Shown: positions 10,943-21,175 of the stretch, one piece after another
How the letters are laid out: the number at the start of each line of letters is the position of its first letter
How positions within the stretch are numbered: the stretch's first letter is position 1
IMG/VR virus record: IMGVR_UViG_3300009370_000001
DNA length: 64,000 nucleotides
Reading direction: 5' to 3' (one strand)
DNA from: a virus
Lineage: Duplodnaviria > Caudoviricetes
The notes under the pieces: model-generated
Databases searched by the model: none
What the model saw: the letters and a program-made list of their open reading frames with translations, nothing else
What the model was told of the DNA's origin: nothing
Made by a program: the position numbers and the translations under genes

Positions 10943-12157
10943 ATGACAAAACAATGGTACCAGCAGCCTGCTAATAATAACGGGTGTACTTCTCCAAAAG
11001 TGCCGTGCACAACTTCGGGGTGCAGCGGGTGCTGCTTTCCCCAACAGAACACCAATGGAAAGTGTAGTGATGGCTCTACTCCTCTCCAGCACGGTACCAA
11101 TGGTAATAGTGGCAAAACCGCGATGTCTGGCTGGTGCAATTCGCAGGGTTTAGTTGATTGCAATACTCAGGGATGTACCACTAAATGCTGTACTAACTTA
11201 CAGAATACCCAAGGTAAATGTGGTGATGGTTCCTATCCTCCACAAGCAAGCGCTGCCACCGAGCCTAGTCCGGAACGAGATTTGTATGGCGGATATCCCG
11301 ACATCGATCTTTATAACCAGACTCCCACTGCATATGGCACTCTTTATTTGCTAAAAGATTTCGGAGGAAATTTGGGGGCCGGCAGCTTTGATATTGATTG
11401 GATGACAACAGATTTATACAGTTATACTACTGTGAAAGCTCCCCTTGAACAAGGCGCCCCTTCCGCAAGCCCAAGCGCAGTTCCCTCGGTTTTTGCCTCT
11501 TTGGCAGGAGTGGGAGAGTTTCGCGGCGCCGAAGTGGCCACAAGCCAAGTGTTGAATGATTATCTGGAGGCGGATCCGCATATACATCCTGGTTTAATAA
11601 TAGGCGCGAGCTTGGCATACACCCCGGGCGCGTCAAATGCAGGGTGGGAAGATAACGGGTTAGATGAGACTGGCGTCCTGTATGGGATAATTTTTCTTGG
11701 CGACAACGCGAGCCCCGCCGGAAATCTGGAAGAATGGCCTGAGCCTTTCGATTGGGATGAGTATAACGCTTATATAAATGCGCGCGGATACAGCCCATGG
11801 GCGGTGTATGTGACGTCCGGCGGCCAATATGAGTACCTGGAGGCTCCTTATTTATTCTATGATAGGACACTAGAGCTACCCTACTTATCCTATAAATTTG
11901 GCTATGGCGATCCACAGGATCCACAAAATACCTATGACACGTCAGGCATGGCCTCATATATCAAGGCCTTGACAGACTGGACAATCGAAACGCTTGCTGG
12001 ACAAATTGTAGCAGATGAAATTCCCAATCAAATTATCAATAATGTTATTGATTATGGCTCCATCAAAGCAAGTCAGTTGAGTAGCTTCGAGACTACCGAG
12101 GCTCTGCAAAGCGGCATTGAATCAACCACTTACACACAGGATTCTGAGGGCACCTAA
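10943..12157 (+). CDS. Hypothetical protein with two tandem six-cysteine modules at the N-terminus
   Basis: AAGGA RBS; two modules of C-x6/7-C-x4-C-x2/3-CC-x9-C-x-DGS-x-P; acidic Tyr/Pro-rich remainder; stop overlaps the next start. Confidence 0.6.
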   Translation: MTKQWYQQPANNNGCTSPKVPCTTSGCSGCCFPQQNTNGKCSDGSTPLQHGTNGNSGKTAMSGWCNSQGLVDCNTQGCTTKCCTNLQNTQGKCGDGSYPPQASAATEPSPERDLYGGYPDIDLYNQTPTAYGTLYLLKDFGGNLGAGSFDIDWMTTDLYSYTTVKAPLEQGAPSASPSAVPSVFASLAGVGEFRGAEVATSQVLNDYLEADPHIHPGLIIGASLAYTPGASNAGWEDNGLDETGVLYGIIFLGDNASPAGNLEEWPEPFDWDEYNAYINARGYSPWAVYVTSGGQYEYLEAPYLFYDRTLELPYLSYKFGYGDPQDPQNTYDTSGMASYIKALTDWTIETLAGQIVADEIPNQIINNVIDYGSIKASQLSSFETTEALQSGIESTTYTQDSEGT

Positions 12158-14967
12158 TGCCTATTTTTACAAAAGAAATCGAGCTTATTGATGCTAATGC
12201 CTTCTCGGGTTCTATGGAATCCCTCCGCAATGAATTAGGAATTTATTGGGAAACGGAGACAACTCCAAACGGCACCGTTGTTACTACTTTTAAAAGGGGA
12301 CTAGAGGGTTCTATTGACTATACGCTAGACCAGAATAGTCAGATTTCATATAAGATCCTGGCTCTCGGGGGGATCACCTCACACTCAGAACGATTGCGCT
12401 ATGTAGAATTACAACCCGCATTTCAGGTAACAGCTTCCACTGACAAAATTGTTCCTAATTTTAAAATTCCTGGTCGATTCTATGGCAATGAAGCTAAAAT
12501 TCGAAGCGATAGTGAGTGGAAGGCTTATCTTTTAGGTGGCACTTATGGAGAAAAAACTTATCCTGGAATATATTCTACGGAGGTGTTTGACGATTATGGC
12601 ACCTCTTATGGGCTGCCTTATGGCTTGGCCGAATTTAATTCCTTATATGGGCTAACTGGTGGCGGCTATCGGTCATCTTCCATTGTTTATCATTATAATC
12701 AACATTTGCCCAAATTTGAGTCATGGGCTGCAACTACCAGCACAATCTTGCTACCTAATATAGCCCAAATGGGGCTGTTGAGCGAAACAAGCGCCAGTAT
12801 TTTTCCTATAAGCGAAGTTGTTACGCGCGATGGAGAATATCCGGAGAGCTTAGAGACAATCTTACAAACGTCACTGACCGGTGTGCTACCGCACACTTAT
12901 TATACTGTTGATCTGTCCGAGCCTAACAAGTATGTCGATGTGACGAAAAACTTGCGAGACTATTTGGAGGCACTTCCCTTATATCCTTTGAGTGATAAAA
13001 CTGTCAGTACTATAAGTATTGGAAGCAACAACCTGCTTTATAACAAAGATTCAAGCAATCTGATTTTTGATGATATAGCCGGCGGAGACGCAAGGACTAT
13101 TTTAGGGAATTACCCTATGTATACCTCTATAGATTTTTATAGACCTGATGATGAAGGCACCTCTTTTCGAGATATCTTTAATGAAACCGATTTTTCTTCC
13201 GAATTATTAAGCCTGTTAGCTGCTGTGTTTGAGAGAAACAGTACTGAAAAAACTTATGTAACGAAAGTCAAGCAAGACACCATATCGAACAAAGAGCTTA
13301 ATGAAACAGAAACGGTGAGTTCGACCGGCATCCGGGTTTTGGATGCAGTGGATGCTTTGACTAGCGGCTATACTTTAATGGGGGATCTTGCACCACTAAA
13401 TGTCAGAAGCCTTCTTGTACCAGGGTTGGCTGCTGCAGAAGCCGGCGGAGACCAATTTGCCGAGGGCGCCCTTAGTTTGGATCCCTTATCAAATAGTACG
13501 CGTTTTTTAAATTCTTACACCACCCTTACCACACTGACGCGGTTATTGTCATTGCTCGATAGTGACTATGCAACTGGAGACATCGCTGCAGATTTAAACC
13601 ATTTCGAGAGTAACATACCAGGCAAAAATGGAATGTACACACTTCTACAAAAAGCCGGTACCCCCAATTATAAAGAGACAATAGCCTATAGACTTGAAAA
13701 GACAGATGCTCTCGGCAATGTTCAAAATGTGTGGTTCTACAATGAGTCCCCCAATAGCTCCCGTGACACCGGAGAGGGATTGTTCCAATATTGGGACTCA
13801 CAAGTAAAGTATGGAGAGACTTATACATATAATATTTATGCGTATGTGATGATCACAGGAATGAAATACCGAATGGCAGACTTGCGAATTGGAAAGAACA
13901 TCGGCACCGGTAGCATAGTAAACAGCTCTGCGGATAAGTTTTGCGTCCAATTTCAAGACCCCACCACAGGAGAGATAGCAGAACAGCTTTTTGCTAGCAG
14001 TGATAGCAAATGGAGTGACTATAGTGGTGTACAATACCATGGCGTGTATAATGAACTGGCTACCGATAATACTTTCTCTACTAATGCTGAAGCCTTGTCG
14101 ACATATCCTTATTTGGCCGACTTTAATCTTTATTATGAGCCTACACTTCAAATCTTACAAATCCCCGTCACCTCTAATACTGTGACGATTTTAGACAACC
14201 CAGCGCCGGGTTTGGATGTTGTGCCTTTCCAGGTGATCGACAATTCACAAAAGATCGGATTCTATATTCAAGCCGAAGTTTATCAGCCTGCGGACACTTT
14301 TCCTACTATTATTCAAACATCAGATGAGACATACAAGACTAACTATTTGGCATCTACTGGGTTGTCGGAGAGCGATGAAATTGGAAGGCCTCCAGTTTCA
14401 GATCAGGCTTTTATTCAAATATTTCGAAGAGATACAAAACCAGCTACTTATAAAGATTTCAACAACCATCTTTATAAGACAATCTCTTTAAAAATTCGCG
14501 GTGACGTTTCTACCGACATGTCGTATTACCAACCCAGTAAAGCATTTCACGATACAATAGAGACTAATAAAAAATATTATTATGTGATGCGGTTATTGAA
14601 CGCGCATCAAGAGCCCGGATCTCCTTCGGCTATAATTGAGGCTGAATTGGTGGATGATGGTGGCTATAAATATGCGCTCTTTAAAGAGTTGTTTGAAGAA
14701 GATCTTGCAGACGAAGTTTTTGTCAATCCTTCGATTAAATTTAAAAAGCTTTTTCAAATTATTCCAAATTTTCAACAACTCGCTTTGGATACCAGTAATG
14801 TAGATTTCACTCAGACTGCGGAAAGTCAAATCAGCGCACTATCCGTAGGGGCCCCGGGGATGGAAGAATCAATTTTCGATCAGAAATTTAAAATTAGATT
14901 GACTTCTAAAAAAACAGGCAAGAAAATTGATTTAAATTTAACCTTTAATTTAACGGAAGAAGTATAA
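12157..14967 (+). CDS. Large putative virion structural protein with predicted beta-sandwich/FN3-like segments
   Basis: 936 aa; segments such as YWDSQVKYGETYTYNIYAY and IETNKKYYYVMR resemble FN3-type strand endings; baseplate cluster context. Confidence 0.55.
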   Translation: MPIFTKEIELIDANAFSGSMESLRNELGIYWETETTPNGTVVTTFKRGLEGSIDYTLDQNSQISYKILALGGITSHSERLRYVELQPAFQVTASTDKIVPNFKIPGRFYGNEAKIRSDSEWKAYLLGGTYGEKTYPGIYSTEVFDDYGTSYGLPYGLAEFNSLYGLTGGGYRSSSIVYHYNQHLPKFESWAATTSTILLPNIAQMGLLSETSASIFPISEVVTRDGEYPESLETILQTSLTGVLPHTYYTVDLSEPNKYVDVTKNLRDYLEALPLYPLSDKTVSTISIGSNNLLYNKDSSNLIFDDIAGGDARTILGNYPMYTSIDFYRPDDEGTSFRDIFNETDFSSELLSLLAAVFERNSTEKTYVTKVKQDTISNKELNETETVSSTGIRVLDAVDALTSGYTLMGDLAPLNVRSLLVPGLAAAEAGGDQFAEGALSLDPLSNSTRFLNSYTTLTTLTRLLSLLDSDYATGDIAADLNHFESNIPGKNGMYTLLQKAGTPNYKETIAYRLEKTDALGNVQNVWFYNESPNSSRDTGEGLFQYWDSQVKYGETYTYNIYAYVMITGMKYRMADLRIGKNIGTGSIVNSSADKFCVQFQDPTTGEIAEQLFASSDSKWSDYSGVQYHGVYNELATDNTFSTNAEALSTYPYLADFNLYYEPTLQILQIPVTSNTVTILDNPAPGLDVVPFQVIDNSQKIGFYIQAEVYQPADTFPTIIQTSDETYKTNYLASTGLSESDEIGRPPVSDQAFIQIFRRDTKPATYKDFNNHLYKTISLKIRGDVSTDMSYYQPSKAFHDTIETNKKYYYVMRLLNAHQEPGSPSAIIEAELVDDGGYKYALFKELFEEDLADEVFVNPSIKFKKLFQIIPNFQQLALDTSNVDFTQTAESQISALSVGAPGMEESIFDQKFKIRLTSKKTGKKIDLNLTFNLTEEV

Positions 14968-14985
14968 TTACTCACGAGAACCAAT

Positions 14986-16059
14986 ATGTCATTCTTAGAT
15001 AATGCCGGCACTATCATACTCGACGCAATCCTTACAGATGTGGGTCGCCAACGATTGGCTCAAGGAAACTTCCAAGTCACCAAGTTCTCATTAGGTGATG
15101 ATGAGATTGATTATAAGCTATACATAGCGCCTATTGCTAATAATGATCCTCCGGCTTGGACCTCCTTTAGCGATCCGGCTGGATATCTTATTCTTTCGCA
15201 ATCTTGTTTTGAAGCGCTTAATAACACAAGCGCCACTATAAACTACGGACTTACTTCCTTTGAAAGAAATGATCTTCTTTATTTGCCTGAATTAAAAATT
15301 AATTATTCTGGCTCTGCTAGTACAAAGGGTAACACAGGACAGCCTCATGAACACCCGGGTATAGCGCGCCCAGTTAGTGGATCGGTTTTTTATTTGGCAG
15401 TTAATGGTGAAACTAGCAAAAAATTGAAATCTGCGCTTGGAAGTACTAATTATATATTAGAGAGCTTAGGATATAATAAAACAAAAATCGTAATTGAATC
15501 CGGAATCACCACTGACCAACTGGCCGGCAATTTAGAAAATTCGCGAGCATTCATTGTACAGCCGGCTGTGTTAGACACTTATTACTATGTTCATGTAGAC
15601 AGTCGTTTTTTTGTCAACATTATAGGCTCCGGCGCCGATGCAGTTTTTAAGAACAGAACCAATGGTGAATTAGAGATGAATTTTAAAACTTTTAAGCCAC
15701 ATACGAGAATATCGATAACTAGCCCGCTCGATAAATTTGATTCTTATATGGTAGCAGCGGGACCAAATAGAGTTTATAGTACCAACAATACGGGACCATT
15801 GACGGATCGTTCTATTTCTGCTATTGCTGGACCTCGCGGAACTGTTATGGCTTTGGGGCTCACTATCGTAAATGAGATAGGCGGTAGTTCCGGAACCACA
15901 CGAAATCAAAAATATACTATTTTTGGAAAAAATGATCAAATATTATTTGGTGGAAGTGATAAATACGATTATATAGATACGACTATTTATGTTAAAGGCG
16001 CAACAACCGGCGCCCAAGTTCAAATTCCTTTGAGAATAATACGCTATGCTGGCACATAA
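14986..16059 (+). CDS. Putative baseplate structural protein, paralog A
   Basis: N-terminus MSFLDNAGTIILDAILTDVGRQRLAQGNFQVTKFSLGDDEIDY and C-terminus QIPLRIIRYAG are clearly homologous to 16124. Confidence 0.65.
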   Translation: MSFLDNAGTIILDAILTDVGRQRLAQGNFQVTKFSLGDDEIDYKLYIAPIANNDPPAWTSFSDPAGYLILSQSCFEALNNTSATINYGLTSFERNDLLYLPELKINYSGSASTKGNTGQPHEHPGIARPVSGSVFYLAVNGETSKKLKSALGSTNYILESLGYNKTKIVIESGITTDQLAGNLENSRAFIVQPAVLDTYYYVHVDSRFFVNIIGSGADAVFKNRTNGELEMNFKTFKPHTRISITSPLDKFDSYMVAAGPNRVYSTNNTGPLTDRSISAIAGPRGTVMALGLTIVNEIGGSSGTTRNQKYTIFGKNDQILFGGSDKYDYIDTTIYVKGATTGAQVQIPLRIIRYAGT

Positions 16060-16066
16060 CAAACTA

Positions 16067-16105
16067 ACTATTTATGGTAAAACAAATAAAATACACACTA
16101 TTTAT
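16067..16105 (+). promoter_or_regulatory. Two tandem ACTATTTAT putative late-promoter motifs (16067-16075 and 16097-16105)
   Basis: Same motif recurs in intergenic DNA upstream of many structural genes in this window. Confidence 0.6.
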
Positions 16106-16123
16106 ACAAGAGAGGAAAAATAA

Positions 16124-17131
16124 ATGGCTTTTTTAGACAATTCTGGCGACATAATCCTTGACGCAGTATTAACCGACACCGGCCGCCGCAGGCTATCCGA
16201 AGGGAACTTTCAAATTCGAAAGTTTGCGCTTGGAGACGACGAGATACAATACAACCTTTTTGACAAAAACAACCCGTCAGGCTCAGCATACTACGATTTA
16301 GAGATCTTACAGACACCCGTAGAAGTCGCCCACACTAAAGCTTCTGAAATTCAATATGGACTTCTCACTTTAACTAACAACAATTTGTTATACATGCCCT
16401 CTTTGGCCTTAAACGAGCTAACAACCCAGTCCGTATTAAAATACCAAAAAGTCCTATATGTTGCAGTAAATGTTGAAACAAGAAACAAAATAGTAAACTC
16501 CTCTAATGTCGATGAAAAATATGTATTAATGTCCAACATCCGGAATCCTACTCGCGCTGTAGTGGTTGAATCCGGAATCAACACAACAGACCTTAAAGGC
16601 ACCCCTGCTAACCGCACGGCCTACTTGCAGAGTACGAACCTCATAGACTCAAGTTTTACGGTATCGGTAGATTCTCGATTTATTAATGGAGTGTGGGGGA
16701 CCGGGCCAGCTTCCACTTTTTCTAATAATACCGATGGCGCCCCTAATGTGGCGTTTGGACCTCTTGTGAACGCGCGCGGTCCAGGCACCTCTAGAGGACT
16801 CGTCAACTTTCAAACTTATGCCGCTAATACAGTAGATGATTTGGTGTCTTACTATGCTTCTCAAGGAGCGAACTTGGACACCCTTATTTCGGCTATCTCG
16901 GGTCCACGAGGAACCGCAGCCAAATTAAACTTTAATGTACCTGATGATTTGCGAGAATTAGCAGGGGGAACTAGAGCTACCGAGTGGACTAAATACGGAC
17001 AAGTGGCGCAAAATGTATTTAGTACTGGTCAGCTATATGATATTATTGACACTTTCACCCTAATAGCCGGCTCAAATACAAATGCTTCAATCCAAGTACC
17101 CTTAAGACTTATCCGGTACGTAAGTGGCTAA
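16124..17131 (+). CDS. Putative baseplate structural protein, paralog B
   Basis: MAFLDNSGDIILDAVLTDTGRRRLSEGNFQIRKFALGDDEIQY ... QVPLRLIRYVSG; AGAGG RBS. Confidence 0.65.
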   Translation: MAFLDNSGDIILDAVLTDTGRRRLSEGNFQIRKFALGDDEIQYNLFDKNNPSGSAYYDLEILQTPVEVAHTKASEIQYGLLTLTNNNLLYMPSLALNELTTQSVLKYQKVLYVAVNVETRNKIVNSSNVDEKYVLMSNIRNPTRAVVVESGINTTDLKGTPANRTAYLQSTNLIDSSFTVSVDSRFINGVWGTGPASTFSNNTDGAPNVAFGPLVNARGPGTSRGLVNFQTYAANTVDDLVSYYASQGANLDTLISAISGPRGTAAKLNFNVPDDLRELAGGTRATEWTKYGQVAQNVFSTGQLYDIIDTFTLIAGSNTNASIQVPLRLIRYVSG

Positions 17132-17147
17132 ATCACGGAGATATTAA

Positions 17148-18230
17148 ATGCCCCAAAATTATCAATTATTAAACCCCAACACAGATCGCACGACTACCAA
17201 GACGTTGTTGCATGAGGCGATCCCCGTCACAGGCGCTATTTTAAGTGCCACCTACGGAACTTATCCAAACGAGGGTAATATCAAGAACTATACTCATGGA
17301 ATGTTTCAATCGGTATATGATTATCCTTATTTAAGTTCTTCAGCAAATCACATCTTTGATATTACAATGGGATACGACGAAAGCTCTGTCTTATCGCAGT
17401 CTTCACACACGGCGGTGATGATGCAAAAGAAGAAAATTAACATTTATAATCAGATGTCGCAGGTATTGTTGGGATATACCGGCTCAAATAACGAAGTTGA
17501 AATTTTTGAAAGTGATTTAGACTATGGTGACAATGATCGCCAGATGAGAGAATGCTTTTTCGTTAATTTCTCTCGGCTTCTTAGTAAAGATCAAATTAAA
17601 CCGGGCACCTTCTCTATCACCCTTGGTTCTGGCTCATGGGCTGCTCCATATAGTGTCGGCGGCGGTGGGCGCCTCACCTTGACTGATAGATCGGCTTCCC
17701 TGACACAAGGAACCAAGAATACTCCCGGTGGAACTTATGGAGTTCTTTATTCGGGTAGTAATGCTGATTCGCGCTGCGGATTAGTGTTTTATGAAGCAGC
17801 AATTGTAGTCCTCTCGGCTTCGTGTTGGATGTCCGGCGCTACAGAGACCTCGCGCGCAGACTTTTACAATCTGGACTACACCGAGCGTTCTACTACAGGC
17901 TCCATGATCTCTTCATCGATTTCCGGAAACTGTGATGCCCTCCGACATAGAATTTATGACCTCTCTTATAACAACACAACCGAGATCAATTCTACCATTT
18001 ATTTCTGTAGGGCTCCTCATAATAGTTTCAACTATAGTTCGAACCCGACCTACACGACAAGCGGCAAGATTAATGTGAAAAACGTCGCCTCTGATCCGCC
18101 GGTGTCTTATATTACTACTGTTGGGCTTTATAATGCACAGAATGAACTCCTCGCTGTGGCCAAGTTATCGGAACCGCTCAAGAAGGATCCTTCAAACGAG
18201 ATTACGCTGCGAGTAAGATTGGACTACTAA
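17148..18230 (+). CDS. Putative baseplate wedge / tail-collar-type protein
   Basis: C-terminal YITTVGLYNAQNELLAVAKLSEPLKK resembles the tail-collar/DUF3751-like I.EVGL......L.AVA pattern; shares QIKPGT and NYSSNPTY-like motifs with 18232. Confidence 0.55.
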   Translation: MPQNYQLLNPNTDRTTTKTLLHEAIPVTGAILSATYGTYPNEGNIKNYTHGMFQSVYDYPYLSSSANHIFDITMGYDESSVLSQSSHTAVMMQKKKINIYNQMSQVLLGYTGSNNEVEIFESDLDYGDNDRQMRECFFVNFSRLLSKDQIKPGTFSITLGSGSWAAPYSVGGGGRLTLTDRSASLTQGTKNTPGGTYGVLYSGSNADSRCGLVFYEAAIVVLSASCWMSGATETSRADFYNLDYTERSTTGSMISSSISGNCDALRHRIYDLSYNNTTEINSTIYFCRAPHNSFNYSSNPTYTTSGKINVKNVASDPPVSYITTVGLYNAQNELLAVAKLSEPLKKDPSNEITLRVRLDY

Positions 18231-18231
18231 A

Positions 18232-19659
18232 ATGTCCTTCAAGAAGTTTGGACAAAATGATATCCTTATAAATACAATGATGGCAGAGCCTCATTGTGAA
18301 TTCTTCATTTATGATGGGGATATCTTTTATAACAATACACCGAGCAAAGCCGGCACTTCTACTGCAGGCGGCGGCGGTTCTGCTGTGTCTGAAGTTCGTA
18401 TGGTATCCCCCGGCAGTATTAGCTTGTATGAGTACAATATTGATCGACCAGATACAAGCGGGGATGATAAGATTATCGGTGAGGCCGGCCCTCACTCTAG
18501 AGGAGGCGGCTCTTATACCCAGGCTGTCGCCGATCTTGGACCAGAACCCCAGACATTTGTTCAATATACTGGACGCATCTATCCTTGGATTTCCAAAGAC
18601 AGCGCCGGCGCAAGCTGGAAAACAGTTAATGCTACCGGTTATGCTACCGAATATATGTATGGTGATGTTCTAACCGGAACCTATCCTCTCTCCGCCTCAA
18701 TAGTGCGCAAATATATAGTCGGCGGTTCTACAGGTCCCACTTTTGGCGCGGTGGGGGAGACGTCTGGCTCCGGCGCCGACGAGGTATCCATCGAGGGCAA
18801 GTTAACAGCATTAGGAGATGGTCCTTCTGGTTCTCTCGATAGGCACTTCTATAGTTTAAAAGGTCGTTTAAATTTTTATGGCATTCGAAGTGCGCACTAT
18901 AAAGTTTCTGCTTCTCTAGGATCGGACTCGTGGAACAAAAATGAACAGACCTTAAATTTAATCGCCATTCCATCAATAGCCTTTGGCTCTCAAATCAAGC
19001 CCGGAACGGTCTCTTTAAAATGGTATTATGACGGCGGCCTGATTGGAGAACTTCAAGACCGTCGACAAAACGGAGAATTAATTCAAGTTTCCGCTTCCAC
19101 AGGGTATACAGCTAATAATAATAAAGTTGCAGGAGTTATTATGTACGATGAGGGATACATTGTCTTAACTGGCTCGTGGGCTTTAAATGCGGCTGCTATC
19201 CCATTACAGACGGCCGTGAATTCCTCTCCCACATGGCTTTATTTTGGTGTCGGTGCGAATGATGGACTTAATCAAAGTAACACTGGGACTAATTTTGCAA
19301 AAGCTTCTTTTAGCTTATCTTTCAAGGGGCAGACGAAAACACAAGTAATGACACTGTTTACGCATGCTAAGCGTGGAGAAGCCAATTTCTCTAATAACCC
19401 CACATATTTAAAGTATGGACAAGACAAACTACAATATACCTCTTCACAAGTTTATGAAGAAAATCCTGATCAATTCCTTGCCAACACCGTCAGTTCGAGT
19501 TATAATGATTATGAGGCTCCGTTTAAACGGAGTGTGTATATTTCCAAAGTGGCAGTCTATGATGAGAATAAGAATATGATCGGCGTTGCAACGTTAGCAA
19601 ATCCAGTTCTCAAAGAAGAAGATCGAGACTACTCCTTTAAATTAAAATTGGATATTTAA
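18232..19659 (+). CDS. Putative baseplate wedge / tail-collar-type protein, paralog of 17148
   Basis: QIKPGTVSL, GVIMYDEGYIVL, NFSNNPTY and YISKVAVYDENKNMIGVATLANPVLK align with 17148. Confidence 0.55.
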   Translation: MSFKKFGQNDILINTMMAEPHCEFFIYDGDIFYNNTPSKAGTSTAGGGGSAVSEVRMVSPGSISLYEYNIDRPDTSGDDKIIGEAGPHSRGGGSYTQAVADLGPEPQTFVQYTGRIYPWISKDSAGASWKTVNATGYATEYMYGDVLTGTYPLSASIVRKYIVGGSTGPTFGAVGETSGSGADEVSIEGKLTALGDGPSGSLDRHFYSLKGRLNFYGIRSAHYKVSASLGSDSWNKNEQTLNLIAIPSIAFGSQIKPGTVSLKWYYDGGLIGELQDRRQNGELIQVSASTGYTANNNKVAGVIMYDEGYIVLTGSWALNAAAIPLQTAVNSSPTWLYFGVGANDGLNQSNTGTNFAKASFSLSFKGQTKTQVMTLFTHAKRGEANFSNNPTYLKYGQDKLQYTSSQVYEENPDQFLANTVSSSYNDYEAPFKRSVYISKVAVYDENKNMIGVATLANPVLKEEDRDYSFKLKLDI

Positions 19660-20234
19660 TGATACTTGGTGTGGATATTTCCACCAGCATCACAGGTTTT
19701 GCGATTGTTACCGATAACGTGCTGGTATATTATGACTCTATTGATTTGCGAAAATACAAAGGCTTTTTCGCTAAGACAATCGCTATAAAAGAAAAGATAC
19801 TGGACATTTTCGAAATGTACCAGCTTAATAACGATGACAAGATGACTGGAGATTCTGAGTTTCCTATTCAGCACATCTATATTGAGCAATCTCTCCATAT
19901 GTTTATGGGAGGCCGCTCATCAGCTAAAACACTTTCAACACTCACGCGCTTTAATGGCGTCGTAGCGTGGCTTCTCTTCGAACTATTTGAAATCGAACCA
20001 CAATTTATCGGCGCTTCGTCTGCTCGCAAGCAAGTCGGCATTAGAGTTCCGAGAGGTGAGAAAGCAAAACAAGTTGTTTTGAAATATTTACTTGACAACG
20101 AACCCACTTTTAAGATACAATATACAAGTAAGGGCAATCCCAAACCTGAATCTTATGATCGGGCGGATGCAATTATAATCGCGAGAGCGGGAGATATAAT
20201 TGAGCGAGAAAAAGAAACACAAGATTCTGTGTGA
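19659..20234 (+). CDS. ruvC: RuvC-like Holliday junction resolvase
   Basis: MILGVDISTSITGFA (first catalytic Asp), IYIEQ (Glu) and YDRADAII (D..D) give the RNase H-fold RuvC acidic tetrad; 191 aa. Confidence 0.75.
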   Translation: MILGVDISTSITGFAIVTDNVLVYYDSIDLRKYKGFFAKTIAIKEKILDIFEMYQLNNDDKMTGDSEFPIQHIYIEQSLHMFMGGRSSAKTLSTLTRFNGVVAWLLFELFEIEPQFIGASSARKQVGIRVPRGEKAKQVVLKYLLDNEPTFKIQYTSKGNPKPESYDRADAIIIARAGDIIEREKETQDSV

Positions 20235-21135
20235 TGTATTAGGATATTCACATACAAATGGTTCCGAAACACTTTTCAAATGCCCTGCGTGCGATCACCA
20301 CAAGCTTAAACTCTCTGTTAACATCCGCAAGAATGTTTTTAAGTGTTGGGTATGTGATTATCGTGGTCGTAATATTCGCCGGCTGGTTCGTCGTTTTGGA
20401 ACGTTTGTTCAACTACAGCGATGGGAAGAACTCACGGGTCGCCACGATCTCGATAGATTTGCTGAGCTATTTGATGATAGCGTTCGTGTGGACCCTCAGC
20501 CCACTTTGGATCTTCCAGAAGAATTTGTAAGTCTCGCCAGCAATGTGCCGGCAACTGGTGTATACGCTTATAAATACTTGTACTCACGCGGTATAACAAA
20601 GGCCGAGATTCTTAAGTGGAAGATAGGTTATTGTTTCAGCGGCGAGTATCGCAACCGCATTATCATCCCGTCCTTTAACGATGACGGCAATGTCAGTTAT
20701 TTCATCGCGAGATCCTATAACGGAGATTCATACAAGTATAAGAATCCCAGAGCATCTAAAGACATTGTGTTCAATGAGCTATATATTGATTGGAACGATG
20801 ACTTGACAATCGTGGAAGGGGTGTTTGATGCCATTACTGCCGGAAACAGCGTACCTATTTTGGGGTCCACTCTGCGATCTGACTCCGATCTCATCCGCAA
20901 AATCGTGTACAACGATACACCAGTCTTCGTTGCACTCGACCCCGATGCGCGAGAAAAAGAGAACAGGATTATTGAGACGCTTCTTAAATACGATGTCGAA
21001 CTTTACAAGATTGACGTGAGTGGTTACGAGGACGTGGGCTCCATGCCGAAAGAGGTTTTCCGAGAGCGAAAACAAAAAGCAGAATTCATAGATAGAGACG
21101 ACTATTTACTCATGAATTTACTCTCGGCAGTATAA
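20200..21135 (+). CDS. DNA primase (DnaG-type, Zn-finger plus TOPRIM)
   Basis: CPAC...H...CWVC zinc finger, NRIIIP, YFIAR, YKNP, IVEGVFDA, and LDPDA (DxD). Confidence 0.85.
   Translation: MSEKKKHKILCDVLGYSHTNGSETLFKCPACDHHKLKLSVNIRKNVFKCWVCDYRGRNIRRLVRRFGTFVQLQRWEELTGRHDLDRFAELFDDSVRVDPQPTLDLPEEFVSLASNVPATGVYAYKYLYSRGITKAEILKWKIGYCFSGEYRNRIIIPSFNDDGNVSYFIARSYNGDSYKYKNPRASKDIVFNELYIDWNDDLTIVEGVFDAITAGNSVPILGSTLRSDSDLIRKIVYNDTPVFVALDPDAREKENRIIETLLKYDVELYKIDVSGYEDVGSMPKEVFRERKQKAEFIDRDDYLLMNLLSAV
21085..21135 (+). repeat. Direct repeat copy 1: last 17 codons of primase (FIDRDDYLLMNLLSAV*)
   Basis: 44 of 51 nt identical to 22514-22564. Confidence 0.85.
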
Positions 21136-21140
21136 ACCGC

Positions 21141-21169
21141 TTGACATTTACAGATAGATCGCTTATAAT
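21141..21169 (+). promoter_or_regulatory. Consensus sigma70 promoter TTGACA-N17-TATAAT
   Basis: TTGACA at 21141-21146 and TATAAT at 21164-21169; the ATG at 21176 sits at the expected +1. Confidence 0.85.
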
Positions 21170-21175
21170 AAGAAT

